The notes: generated by a model from the letters alone, not told the origin. A DNA stretch of 64,000 nucleotides from Candidatus Latescibacterota bacterium (GCA_965205975.1 OZ242195.1:5440001-5504000), one strand, 5' to 3'; counted from the stretch's first letter, positions 1 to 9,774 are shown. Translations and numbers: made by a program.

Positions 1-125
1 GCATCCAGTACGGGTTGTGGCTGTGGATCGCTGGATTTGTTGCCCAGAGGACGAGATTGCGTGGGGCCTGTACACACGCGCGCCTGGGCTTCGAGTACGA
101 GGGGATTGGGATCGAATAGTGGCAT
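1..125 (-). CDS. 5' end of a gene running off the left edge (MPLFDPNPLVLEAQARVCTGPTQSRPLG...); possibly YbiB/anthranilate-PRT-like (glycosyltransferase family 3)
   Basis: ATG at 125, open to the window edge; only about 41 codons visible; family guess rests on the recalled EAQARVCTGP motif. Confidence 0.4.
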   Translation of the reverse strand, partial: MPLFDPNPLVLEAQARVCTGPTQSRPLGNKSSDPQPQPVLD

Positions 126-278
126 AGATGGAAAGTATTGTGGGGATGCTGTGTTGTCAAGCGAATGAAATAAGGGAACCACAGTTGCGTGATGAAGTAT
201 TAGCCAATATTGATCGCTATGCACAAATTACAACTTTTAGTAAAGTTAAGCAGTGCAGATTTTATTTTAAAAAAAGAT

Positions 279-307
279 TTGACTTTCGTACAGACAAGTA
301 ATATTTT
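279..307 (+). promoter_or_regulatory. Putative sigma70-type promoter for the STAS gene
   Basis: TTGACT-17 bp-TATTTT, preceded by an A/T tract. Confidence 0.45.
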
Positions 308-387
308 AGCTGAGCGTCTCAATTTTCTGCACGCGACGTGCGGCAAGAATTTCCGTATATAATTTTCACACATCAGGATAAAGTTCA

Positions 388-726
388 ATGGAGATTAAGA
401 CCCAACGAGAAAATGGAATTTTAATCGCGAACGTGAATGGCCGGGTTGATAGTGCCAATGCCCGCGAGTTCGAAAATGTATTAAGCTCTGCAATCGGTGA
501 CGACGATGCCTGCGTGATCGTAGATTTTGGGGGGCTTTCTTACATTAGCAGTTCGGGCCTGCGGGTCATTTTGCTGGTCGCTAAGTCACTCCGGAATCGC
601 AATGCGGAATTTGCGCTTTGCTCGCTTTCTGGTCCCATCGGAGAGGTCTTCAAAATCAGTGGATTTGACAAGATCATTTCGATCTATGACTCACAGGCAG
701 AGGCTTGCGCCGCACTGGGCGGATAA
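388..726 (+). CDS. STAS-domain anti-sigma-factor antagonist (RsbV/SpoIIAA family)
   Basis: 112 aa; GRVDS and YISSSGLR phosphoacceptor motif; FKISGF C-terminal motif. Confidence 0.92.
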   Translation: MEIKTQRENGILIANVNGRVDSANAREFENVLSSAIGDDDACVIVDFGGLSYISSSGLRVILLVAKSLRNRNAEFALCSLSGPIGEVFKISGFDKIISIYDSQAEACAALGG

Positions 727-1173
727 CCTGCCTTTCGCTTAATCGCGTGTGTTCTCAAGCCATGGATGGAGGACCTGGCGTGTTTTGACTTGGCCGAGAC
801 TCGCCCTGTTTTAATCTATGTGCGTTCCACAATCGGGTTGTAGGCGAAACCGTATTGAATTCACACGCCGATCCGATTTTCCTGTGTATTTGTTCCATAG
901 ATCACTTTCCAGGGTATTTCTCATGCCCTGTATATCCGCTTTCAAAACCTCCCGAATAACAGCCACCCTTCTATAATTCAGTAACTGGTGTCGCGCAGTT
1001 TGTCATTACAAGTTATGACTGGTCTGGCATTTGTCCATGTTCTTTAGTACCTCTCTCCGTATCCCTCTCCCTTACAACGCAGCGAGGTGAGGTCCCTGAA
1101 GCAAGGACTGTGCACCGATCAAAGAACGCTTAACATCAGTATAAGTAAGATACCATTAATATAAGAGGCGCGT

Positions 1174-2346
1174 ATGACAAAAAAGGCGCAATACAAAATA
1201 CTTGTGGTCGATGACGAACCCGATCTCGAACATCTTGTGCGGCAGCGCATGCGGCGCGACGTTCGCGCCGGGCACTACGCGTTCGCCTTTGCCCAAAACG
1301 GTGTTGAAGCCCTTGAGATACTGAATGCAGATCCGGATATCGATATGGTGCTCTCGGACATCAATATGCCGCGGATGGATGGTCTCACGCTGCTCGAACA
1401 GATGTCGGAAGTTGATCCCGACCTCCGCGCTGTGATTGTCTCGGCTTATGGCGACATGAAAAATATCCGCACGGCCATGAATCGGGGGGCGTTTGACTTT
1501 GTTACCAAGCCCATTGATTTTCAGGATCTGAGGGTTACGATTGAGCGCACTTTGGAGCATCTAAAACTGTGGCGCGAGGCTGTGGCTTCGCGAGATAAGT
1601 TGGTGGCGCTGCAAAACGAGCTTCGCGTTGCCCATGATATGCAGCAGTCTATCCTGCCGAAGGTATTTCCCAATAAACCTGGCTATCAGGTATTTGGAAA
1701 TATGGAGCCTGCACGCCAAGTGGGGGGTGACTTTTTTGATATTATCAATCTGGAAAACGCCCGTGTCGGCCTGGCAATTGCCGATGTCTCCGACAAGGGC
1801 GTACCGGCTGCCCTATTCATGATGTCCAGTCGCACGTTGTTGAAAGGGGCTGCAATCGGCAAATCTAACCCGGCCGAGGTGCTGAGCGAGGTCAATCATC
1901 TCCTGCAGGAAGACAACGACGCAGCGATGTTTGTCACCGTGTTTTATGCCGAATATAACCCGGTGGATGGGTCGCTGTCGTACGCCAACGGGGGGCATAA
2001 TCCTCCGGTCATTGTCCACGCAGATGGCAGTTCAACTGTGCTTCCCCAGACCAACGGGATTGCTCTGGGTATTTTGCCAGACATCGAATACGAACAAAAC
2101 TCAGTCACTCTATCGCCCGGCGATACCCTCGTGCTCTACACAGATGGCGTCACCGAAGCCATGAATGCCCAGAATGAGGAGTTTGAGATGGAGCGTTTGC
2201 TTACAATATTGTCCGGGGCGAGTTCGCAGGATGTCCGCGAAATTAATCAGACGATCTTTCAAGCTGTGCAGGCATTCGCGGGTGATATGCCCCAGTTCGA
2301 CGATATGACCTGTATGACACTTTTTTGTAGAGAGATAGGGACATGA
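1174..2346 (+). CDS. Receiver-domain PP2C/SpoIIE serine phosphatase (RsbU/RsbY-like)
   Basis: REC motifs VVDDE, SDINMP, TKP; PP2C motifs VGGDFFD, IADVSDKG, YTDGVTEA, FDDMT. Confidence 0.95.
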   Translation: MTKKAQYKILVVDDEPDLEHLVRQRMRRDVRAGHYAFAFAQNGVEALEILNADPDIDMVLSDINMPRMDGLTLLEQMSEVDPDLRAVIVSAYGDMKNIRTAMNRGAFDFVTKPIDFQDLRVTIERTLEHLKLWREAVASRDKLVALQNELRVAHDMQQSILPKVFPNKPGYQVFGNMEPARQVGGDFFDIINLENARVGLAIADVSDKGVPAALFMMSSRTLLKGAAIGKSNPAEVLSEVNHLLQEDNDAAMFVTVFYAEYNPVDGSLSYANGGHNPPVIVHADGSSTVLPQTNGIALGILPDIEYEQNSVTLSPGDTLVLYTDGVTEAMNAQNEEFEMERLLTILSGASSQDVREINQTIFQAVQAFAGDMPQFDDMTCMTLFCREIGT

Positions 2347-2765
2347 AGGAGAAGCGTTCTCTGTGTATTGCGTCGGATCTCGGCGAGTTGGAGCGGCTTC
2401 ACGATGCCGTGGCAGAACTCGGCGAGTTAGGGGATTGGCCCCCCGATCTCGTGTACCAGATTGATCTCGTTCTCGAAGAATTGATCGTCAATACTGTGAA
2501 CTACGGGTACGATGACGATGCACGCCATGAGATTGAAGTCACGCTGACCTCGGATGAGAATGTCTTCACTGTTGAGATTATAGACGATGGACATGCTTTT
2601 AATCCTCTGAGCGACGCCCCCGAACCAGACCTGGACGCAGGGATAGAAGATCGACCGATCGGGGGGCTTGGCATTCACTTGATGCGCGTTATGATGGACG
2701 ATGTACACTATCGCCGCGAGCAGAATAAGAATCATCTTACTCTGATTAAGCGGAGGAATGGATGA
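2343..2765 (+). CDS. RsbW/SpoIIAB-like anti-sigma serine kinase (HATPase_c_2)
   Basis: ELIVNTVNYG N-box, DDGHAFNP, PIGGLGIHLM; ATGA overlap with the phosphatase gene. Confidence 0.92.
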   Translation: MKEKRSLCIASDLGELERLHDAVAELGELGDWPPDLVYQIDLVLEELIVNTVNYGYDDDARHEIEVTLTSDENVFTVEIIDDGHAFNPLSDAPEPDLDAGIEDRPIGGLGIHLMRVMMDDVHYRREQNKNHLTLIKRRNG

Positions 2766-3934
2766 GGAGAACGCGTTACAGTTGTACGGTTTTCCTACTT
2801 GTTTTGCTGATTGTGGAAATTCGTGCGGAAGAATCTGGAATCTCTGATGAACGCATCCTTTTTGGGCAGTCCGCCGCCTTTAGTGGTCCCGCTCAAGAAC
2901 TGGGCAAGAACATGCGGGTCGGAATTGAGGTAGCTTTTCAGGAGGCCAACGCGCGCGGCGGCGTTCATGGTCGGCAGTTAACGTTGTTTTCTCTCGATGA
3001 CGCATACGAACCCGAAGCCGCCATCGCCAATACCCGTCGCCTGATTGAACAGGAAGGGGTTTTTGCGCTGATCGGTGCTGTCGGTACGCCTACATCGCTC
3101 TCTGCCACCCCTGTGGCCGCAGCTGCGGGCGTCCCTTACATCGCCCCCTTTACTGGTGCGGCCTTCCTGCGTGAAGCCAGGTGGCAAAACGTGATTAATC
3201 TGCGGGCGTCTTATAACCAGGAGACCGAGGCTATGGTCGCTCGATTGACCACAGACCTGGGTATTAAACGCATCGCCGTGATATATCAGGACGACTCCTT
3301 TGGACAGGCTGGCTACCGCGGCGTGCTGCAGGCACTCGAGCGGCGCAGCATGGAGCCGGTAGTCATCGGTGTGTATCCGCGCAATACCACGGCCGTAAAG
3401 ACTGCTTTGCTCACCCTGCGCGGTGCAGCTCCCGATGCCGTAATTATAATCGGAGCTTACCACCCGGTGGCAACGCTGATTGCCTGGGCGAGACATACGG
3501 GGTTGGATCCCGTGTTTATGACCATCTCGTTTGTAGGCAGCAATGCGTTGGCGAAGGAACTCGGTCGCGCCGGTGCTGGGGTCTTCGTCACTCAGGTCGT
3601 ACCCTTTCCAACAAATGATATCCCCCACGTTGGTATTGCCTACCGCCGTGCCCTATCTGTCCACGCGCCCGAAGCGATTCCAGGCTTTGTCTCCTACGAA
3701 GGCTATCTGGCTGGTCGATTGGCTATCGCCGCCCTCGAGCGCTGTGGCAGGGAGGTTGACCGCGCCAGGTTTCTCAAGAGTTTGCGTGGTGCAGACACCA
3801 TTGATCTCGACGGCTTTGAACTTCGCTATGGTGAAAATGATAATCAGGGTTCAGATGCTGTCTTTCTCACCGTGATCAGTAGCGATGGTAGTTATCGATC
3901 TATAGACACGCTGCGGGATGTGATGCAGCCATGA
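2762..3934 (+). CDS. Periplasmic ligand-binding protein, type I (LivJ/Leu-Ile-Val-like family)
   Basis: Signal peptide; GQSAAFSGP, GGVHGR, DDAYEP, NLRASY motifs; no permease nearby. Confidence 0.88.
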   Translation: MRRTRYSCTVFLLVLLIVEIRAEESGISDERILFGQSAAFSGPAQELGKNMRVGIEVAFQEANARGGVHGRQLTLFSLDDAYEPEAAIANTRRLIEQEGVFALIGAVGTPTSLSATPVAAAAGVPYIAPFTGAAFLREARWQNVINLRASYNQETEAMVARLTTDLGIKRIAVIYQDDSFGQAGYRGVLQALERRSMEPVVIGVYPRNTTAVKTALLTLRGAAPDAVIIIGAYHPVATLIAWARHTGLDPVFMTISFVGSNALAKELGRAGAGVFVTQVVPFPTNDIPHVGIAYRRALSVHAPEAIPGFVSYEGYLAGRLAIAALERCGREVDRARFLKSLRGADTIDLDGFELRYGENDNQGSDAVFLTVISSDGSYRSIDTLRDVMQP

Positions 3935-6093
3935 CTGGTATGTTGAAACGCCTGCTCGAGGGTCGCTTCCGTATTTCGTCGCAACTCTATTTGGGTATCG
4001 GCGGTGCTGTTGTCCTCACTATGGGCACGAGTCTGGTCGGTTGGTTTTCCTTCAATCGCGTGGGTGACGCGCAAAGCCGCGTGAATGAAGGCAGTGTGCC
4101 CGGAATGGCGGCTGCTTTTGGGGTCGCTCAGCAAAGCGGTGCCCTTGTAGCTGCAGCCCCGCGTCTGGTCGCAGCCGCAACGCTGGAGGCATTTGCCCAG
4201 GTTACCGCAGAGGTCGCCGAAGAACGAAGCACTTTTGAAGCGCAGTTGGCGGCACTGACGCAGCAAGGTGAAGAAGAGGAACGCTTCAGTCGCATTCGCG
4301 CCCATGGTGGTACGCTGATCTCAAATATCGAGGCAATTGAAAGTTCGGTAGCCAGGCGTTTTGATCTGCAAGCACGGAGTGAAGCCCTGCGTGCAGAACT
4401 GGCCAAAGTGCGCAATGAACTGGTTGGCGTCCTGGTTCCGCTCATTGACGATCAGTTGTTCTACGCTATGACGGGGTATCGCAATCTCGGCGAGGCACCC
4501 GCACCGCGTAGTCAGCACTTTTCGGAAAAAGAGTTCGAGCGCTATCGCCATCTATCTGTGTTGCAAGCGGACGCCACCATAGCAATCCAGCTTCTGTCGA
4601 GTGCTTTCAATCTTTCGGACGCGCCTCTGATTGAGCCATTGCGAGAGCGCTTTGAGGCTGCTGAGGGCAGGATTGAGCGAAGTCTTTCGGCAATTGGAAC
4701 AGACAGTGCGCGCAGTCAGGTCGCTCCGGTGTGCGCTCGCCTATTCCAGTTGGGGCTGGGAGAGCAAGGAGGCTTCGATCTGCGTACACGGGAACTCGAA
4801 CTCGCCGGGCATCAGCGGGATCTGCTCGCGCGCAATCAGTCTCTCGCCCTCGATCTGGTCGCCGAAGCCGAAGGGTTGGTAAGTGGGGCCCGCCTGAGTG
4901 CTGAGGAAGCCACCCGCGCTTCCACGGAGGCGATAAGCACTGGGCAAAATCTTTTATTGGTTTTGAACGTGATCAGTATTATTGGGGCGATACTGATCGC
5001 TTATTTGTTCGTGGGGCGGGTGTTGTTGCGTCGTCTTGAAAAGCTATCGGATCGAATGCGTGGCATGGCTGATGGCGACCTGGAGGGCAAGGTCGAGATT
5101 AGTGGGCACGACGAAGTGGCAGACATGGCCGCAGCTCTTGAAGTTTTTCGCCGCCACGCCCTGGAGGTGCAGCGTCTGAATCTGGTGGAAAAACTGGCCG
5201 AAGAGTTGCAATCTAAGAACGCAGAGCTCGAAAAAGTACTGGAGGATTTGCGTGTGGCGCAGGACCAGATCGTCATGCGCGAGAAATTGGCCGCGCTCGG
5301 CGAACTCACCGCAGGTGTGGCGCATGAGATCAAAAATCCGCTGAATTTTGTGAAAAATTTCTCGGAAGCGTCGGAGGAACTAATGGAGGAGTTGGTGGAG
5401 GTCCTGGAAGAGAGTGCCGAGGCACTGGACGAGGAGCAGCGCGAATTGGTTGACGAGATCTGCCAGGATCTCAGCGACAACATGGGGCGCATTCGCCAAC
5501 ACGGCAACCGCGCAGATAGCATTGTTCACGACATGCTCCAGATGGGGCGAGGCTCTGGTGAACGACAGCCCACTGAAATTAACAACTTGCTCGATGAACA
5601 CGCCCGCCTTGCCTACCACAGTGCACGGGCGACTGACACGGATTTCAACTTGACCATTGAGACGGACTTCGATCCAGATGCAGGGCTAATTGAGGTCGTT
5701 CCGCAGGACCTGGGGCGCGTATTCCTCAACATGGTAGGCAATGCCTGTTACGCTACCGACGAGAAACGGCGTGCTATCGAAGCAGATACTGGCGAGACCT
5801 ATTTCCCTACCCTGTCGCTGGTTACCAGACGCCTGGATGATCGAATAGAGGTAAGCATACGGGATAACGGAAATGGGATCCCGCCCGAGGTTGTCGATAA
5901 AATTTTTAATCCTTTCTTTACCACCAAACCGACAGACAAGGGCACCGGCCTCGGTCTTGCCCTTTCCAATGATATTGTGCGCGAACACGGGGGAAATATC
6001 CGGGTCGTATCCGAACCCGGTGAATTCACCGAGATGGTAGTAGAACTGCCTTTGGTGCCGCCCGCGGTAACGACCGAAGAGGTAGCGAGATAG
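3931..6093 (+). CDS. Membrane sensor histidine kinase (large helical periplasmic domain resembling TorS, HAMP, HisKA, HATPase)
   Basis: Two TM helices; HAMP (DEVADMAAALEVF); H-box AGVAHEIKNPLNF; DNGNG, FFTTK, GTGLGL boxes. Confidence 0.93.
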   Translation: MTGMLKRLLEGRFRISSQLYLGIGGAVVLTMGTSLVGWFSFNRVGDAQSRVNEGSVPGMAAAFGVAQQSGALVAAAPRLVAAATLEAFAQVTAEVAEERSTFEAQLAALTQQGEEEERFSRIRAHGGTLISNIEAIESSVARRFDLQARSEALRAELAKVRNELVGVLVPLIDDQLFYAMTGYRNLGEAPAPRSQHFSEKEFERYRHLSVLQADATIAIQLLSSAFNLSDAPLIEPLRERFEAAEGRIERSLSAIGTDSARSQVAPVCARLFQLGLGEQGGFDLRTRELELAGHQRDLLARNQSLALDLVAEAEGLVSGARLSAEEATRASTEAISTGQNLLLVLNVISIIGAILIAYLFVGRVLLRRLEKLSDRMRGMADGDLEGKVEISGHDEVADMAAALEVFRRHALEVQRLNLVEKLAEELQSKNAELEKVLEDLRVAQDQIVMREKLAALGELTAGVAHEIKNPLNFVKNFSEASEELMEELVEVLEESAEALDEEQRELVDEICQDLSDNMGRIRQHGNRADSIVHDMLQMGRGSGERQPTEINNLLDEHARLAYHSARATDTDFNLTIETDFDPDAGLIEVVPQDLGRVFLNMVGNACYATDEKRRAIEADTGETYFPTLSLVTRRLDDRIEVSIRDNGNGIPPEVVDKIFNPFFTTKPTDKGTGLGLALSNDIVREHGGNIRVVSEPGEFTEMVVELPLVPPAVTTEEVAR

Positions 6094-6137
6094 AAGGAAG
6101 TGGAGGCACTGCCTCATCACTATGGGAGGAGATAGAT

Positions 6138-7520
6138 ATGCGAACGTTTTCTAAAGCCCTTATTTATCATCGGTTCACTAACCTGGTGGGAAAACCACTC
6201 GCGGTGCTCGGTTTCCTTGCGTGTGCTACAACCGCCGCACACGCGGCGGTTGACAAGGAAACCCTGTTCGTTTTCAACACTTTTTCTTTTCTCGTTTGGG
6301 GCGCGCTGGTGATGTGGATGTGCGCGGGATTTACCATGCTCGAGTCCGGTTCTGTGCGCACCAAGAATGCCTCCATGATCTGCCTTAAAAACATCGGTCT
6401 CTATTCCATTGCCGGGCTTGCCTACTATTTCATCGGCTATAATCTCATGTACGTCGATGTGGGGAGTGTAATCGGTTCATTCAAATTCTTATACGGACCG
6501 TCAGGCGATGAGATCGCCCTGCTGGCGGGAAATGAGGCCGCAACGGCGGCCGTGGTTAAGAATGGCTATTCCACCATGTCCAATTGGTTTTTCCAGATGG
6601 TCTTTGTTGCGACCACTGCTTCTATTGTCTCTGGAACTCTGGCCGAACGAGTTAAGATGTGGTCGTTCTTTGTTTTTATTCTGGTGCTGACAGCGATTAT
6701 CTATCCCGTCGTCGGTGCGTGGACATGGGGCGAAGGATGGCTAAGAGCGATGGGTTTCAAGGATTTTGCTGGATCGACCATTGTGCATAGCACCGGTGGC
6801 TGGGCTGCACTTGCTGGTGCGATAGTCGTTGGACCGAGATTCGGGAAATTCCGCAGCGATGGTACGGTCAAATCCACGCCGCCTTCTAATATTTTGATAG
6901 TAACACTGGGTGTCTTTATTCTGTGGTTCGGCTGGTTCGGCTTCAACGGCGGATCGCAACTGGCATTGGGAAGCGCGCTTGACGTGGTCGCGATGAGTCA
7001 TGTGCTGGTCAATACCAATCTGGCAGCCGCAGCCGGTGTTGTGACAGCTCTGTTCGTTTCGCGGCCCATCCTGGGGCGTGTAGATCTGTTCGCCGGTCTG
7101 AATGGCGCAATCGCCGGTCTGGTCTCGATTACTGCGGGTCCTGATATTGTCGATCACTACTGGTCAGTCATTATTGGTGCTATTGGCGCGGTTTTGTGTA
7201 CTGCTGGGATCAGGTTGCTGGAAAAGGTCAAGCTGGATGATGTGGTTGGGGCAATACCGGCTCACTTATTCGCCGGTATCTGGGGCACCATAGCGGTCTG
7301 CATCGCTGGCGGCGGCAATCTGGGCGTGCAATTGATCGGCATCGTGGCGGTTGGCGCATTCGTGTTTGTGACCTCGTGGGTGTTGTGGCGCGCGATTGCT
7401 ATGACGTTGAGTGTGCGCGTGTCGCGCCAGGTCGAACAATTGGGGCAGGATGTTGGGGAATTGGGAATTGACGCCTATCCCGAATTTGTGCTTATGCCAG
7501 AAGAAGATGATGAAGAATAA
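6138..7520 (+). CDS. amt: Ammonium/methylammonium transporter (Amt family)
   Basis: FFQMVF, DFAGSTIVH, WFGWFGFNGGS, DDVVGAIPAH (both conserved His present). Confidence 0.95.
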   Translation: MRTFSKALIYHRFTNLVGKPLAVLGFLACATTAAHAAVDKETLFVFNTFSFLVWGALVMWMCAGFTMLESGSVRTKNASMICLKNIGLYSIAGLAYYFIGYNLMYVDVGSVIGSFKFLYGPSGDEIALLAGNEAATAAVVKNGYSTMSNWFFQMVFVATTASIVSGTLAERVKMWSFFVFILVLTAIIYPVVGAWTWGEGWLRAMGFKDFAGSTIVHSTGGWAALAGAIVVGPRFGKFRSDGTVKSTPPSNILIVTLGVFILWFGWFGFNGGSQLALGSALDVVAMSHVLVNTNLAAAAGVVTALFVSRPILGRVDLFAGLNGAIAGLVSITAGPDIVDHYWSVIIGAIGAVLCTAGIRLLEKVKLDDVVGAIPAHLFAGIWGTIAVCIAGGGNLGVQLIGIVAVGAFVFVTSWVLWRAIAMTLSVRVSRQVEQLGQDVGELGIDAYPEFVLMPEEDDEE

Positions 7521-8461
7521 GTGCCGGCAAGAATCTTTTGCATATCCCCCGGGGGGCGTGCTTCAAACATCATTTCTTTTTTTGTTACGGGATGCACGAA
7601 TGTCAATTGAGTCGCGTGGAGCATCTGTCGATTTGTTTGCGCGAGCAGGTGGGTTGCCTTCCTGCGAAACAGGGGGGCAATTCCAGATAGCCGCTCCTCG
7701 CGTCCACCGTATAGCGGGTCGCCAAATACAGGACGATTGAGATGCGCGAGATGCACTCTGATCTGGTGTGTACGACCCGTCTCCAGCGCGAGAGATAGCA
7801 AAGAGAGAAAATCGTAGCGCGCCTTTATTTTCCAGCGCGTTGCTGCATATCTTCCATTCTGAGAAACGGCCATTCGCGTTCGATCTTTGGGATGCCTTCC
7901 AATTGGTGCTTCTATGCGCCCTTCATCTGCTTCAAAGCCCCCCCATATCAGCGCGAGATAACGCCGCTCCATTGCACGGGCTTCCAACTGGGCAGCCAAT
8001 TTGCGATGCCCTTCATCACTTTTGGCGACGACCATCAGTCCCGATGTGTCTTTGTCTAACCGATGTACAATACCCGGTCGCAAAACCCCATTGATACCCG
8101 ATAAATGCGTGCAGTGTGACAGGAGGGCATTGACGAGTGTTCCCGAGGTCACTCTTCCCGCTGGATGTACAATCATACCCACAGGTTTGTCGAGCACCAG
8201 TACATGATCATCTTCAAAAAAAATATCCAGAGGAATATCCTCTGGATCAATTGCACTATCTATTGGAGGGGGTATATCTATTGTGATGCTATCGCCAGCC
8301 ACCACCCGATAGCTCGATCGCGTTGTCTTCTCGTTGATGCAAACAGCGCCCTCGGCAATCAGTTTTTGAAGGCGTGAACGCGAAAATTCAGGGCGTTGAT
8401 CGGCCAAATAGCGGTCCAGACGCTGGCCTTCATGTTGGGGCAGAATTTTTAGATGAATCAC
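7475..8461 (-). CDS. rluD: RluA-family (RluD-like) 23S rRNA pseudouridine synthase
   Basis: S4 domain RLDRYL; VHRLDKDTSG; GRTHQIRVH; probable GTG start at 8461. Confidence 0.93.
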   Translation of the reverse strand: MIHLKILPQHEGQRLDRYLADQRPEFSRSRLQKLIAEGAVCINEKTTRSSYRVVAGDSITIDIPPPIDSAIDPEDIPLDIFFEDDHVLVLDKPVGMIVHPAGRVTSGTLVNALLSHCTHLSGINGVLRPGIVHRLDKDTSGLMVVAKSDEGHRKLAAQLEARAMERRYLALIWGGFEADEGRIEAPIGRHPKDRTRMAVSQNGRYAATRWKIKARYDFLSLLSLALETGRTHQIRVHLAHLNRPVFGDPLYGGREERLSGIAPLFRRKATHLLAQTNRQMLHATQLTFVHPVTKKEMMFEARPPGDMQKILAGTYSSSSSSGISTNSG

Positions 8462-8927
8462 GGTTGTGCACTGTCTCACGGCGTTTAGATGTGATGCCAA
8501 AAGCAAAAATTAAGAGAGCGGTTCCCACACTGACATAGGTATCCGCGAGGTTAAAAACCCACCACCGCGCAGTTCCAATGCCAAAATCGAGAAAATCAAT
8601 TACGACACCGAACCGCACGCGGTCGATAATATTGCCAATTGCACCTCCCAACACCAGAGTCAAACCAATGGCTGCGAGGCGGTCTTCGGGAGGGATACGC
8701 CACAGCAACCCACCAACCACGAGAAGTGCCACACAAGCCAGTAATAGATGCAGGTATGGGTTGCCCAATCGGATGCCGAATACTGCGCCTGGATTGTGAA
8801 TGTAGGTCAGCTTAAAAAAAGATCCCAGCACCGGTACAGATTCGCCCAGGGTCATGGTTTGCAACACCCACCATTTTGTAAGTTGGTCCAGTACCAATGC
8901 CACACCTGTAATCCACAAAAATCTCAC
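8430..8927 (-). CDS. lspA: Lipoprotein signal peptidase II
   Basis: DQLTK, NPGAVFG, GGAIGNIIDR, VIDF, FNLAD motifs. Confidence 0.96.
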   Translation of the reverse strand: MRFLWITGVALVLDQLTKWWVLQTMTLGESVPVLGSFFKLTYIHNPGAVFGIRLGNPYLHLLLACVALLVVGGLLWRIPPEDRLAAIGLTLVLGGAIGNIIDRVRFGVVIDFLDFGIGTARWWVFNLADTYVSVGTALLIFAFGITSKRRETVHNRDSSKNSAPT

Positions 8928-8936
8928 AATTATGCC

Positions 8937-9308
8937 TCATGCTGATTTGTTTTGTTTTTCTTTACAAGGAACGCAAATTTCCGTAGTTGGTACAGCTTCC
9001 AATCTCGCTCTGGGGATGGGAGATTTACACTCTCGGCACACGCCAAATTTGCGATTTCTGATGCGTGTTAAAGCGGCTTCAATTTGGTCCAGATAAGCAC
9101 CGTCGCGTGCTGCAAATAGGAAAGCCTTTTCGCGTTCCATGGTCGCATTGCCCAAATCGGGCATGTGATCTGAATACGTCAGGTCGCCCGACGATTCTGC
9201 CGAGGTGATTTGCATGGAATGGCTCTGCAAAGTGCCCAGGTCTTTAACGATAGAGGAGCGTTTGTTCTCTAAAAGGTTTTCGAAATACTTCAGGTCTTGG
9301 TCTGTCAT
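8937..9308 (-). CDS. TraR/DksA C4-type zinc-finger protein
   Basis: Coiled coil with DHMPDLG tip; CREC...RLEAVP...CVPC; ATG at 9308 with AAGGA RBS. Confidence 0.92.
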   Translation of the reverse strand: MTDQDLKYFENLLENKRSSIVKDLGTLQSHSMQITSAESSGDLTYSDHMPDLGNATMEREKAFLFAARDGAYLDQIEAALTRIRNRKFGVCRECKSPIPRARLEAVPTTEICVPCKEKQNKSA

Positions 9309-9309
9309 T

Positions 9310-9774
9310 TTATTCCTTTCTATCCACAGCTTCCCAAATTTGACACGCATTTTCTTTGATTAGCGCGTGTTGTTCCGGCCAAAAAAAAGTAGGCAGTGGA
9401 TCAAGCGGGACCCAGGACATGCTTTCATGGTGTGTTGTATCGGTTGGCACGGCATCAATTTGTTCGGTCAAATACAAAAAATAATGTGTTATTTTCCACT
9501 CTGTCTTGCGAAAATCAAGCCGTTCTTTTATGCCGAGTTTTTCTACGAGTTGCAGTTTTGATATTCCCACTTCTTCTTCGATCTCTCGTCTGGCAGCATA
9601 TTCGATTTTCTCGCCCGCTTCAATGTGCCCTTTGGGCAATACATAGTCGGTATGCCCTCTCTCGCGGGCGAGAGCCAATAATGCCTGATCGCCATCCCAA
9701 CGCACGACTACACCGCCTGCAGCGTGACGTTCTCGCAACCCTTTGGGGCGTATGTACCAGCTGTTGTCGATCAT
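9310..9774 (-). CDS. NUDIX hydrolase
   Basis: AAGGVV; Nudix box PKGHIEAGEKIEYAARREIEEEVG; likely start MIDNSW. Confidence 0.92.
   Translation of the reverse strand: MIDNSWYIRPKGLRERHAAGGVVVRWDGDQALLALARERGHTDYVLPKGHIEAGEKIEYAARREIEEEVGISKLQLVEKLGIKERLDFRKTEWKITHYFLYLTEQIDAVPTDTTHHESMSWVPLDPLPTFFWPEQHALIKENACQIWEAVDRKE

Noticed and set aside
200..388. 62-aa minus-strand ORF
   Set aside because: AT-rich divergent promoter region, no RBS and no recognisable protein features
1022..1040. Sigma54 promoter upstream of the REC-PP2C gene (CTGGCA...)
   Set aside because: No GC at the -12 position (GG-N10-GC spacing not met)
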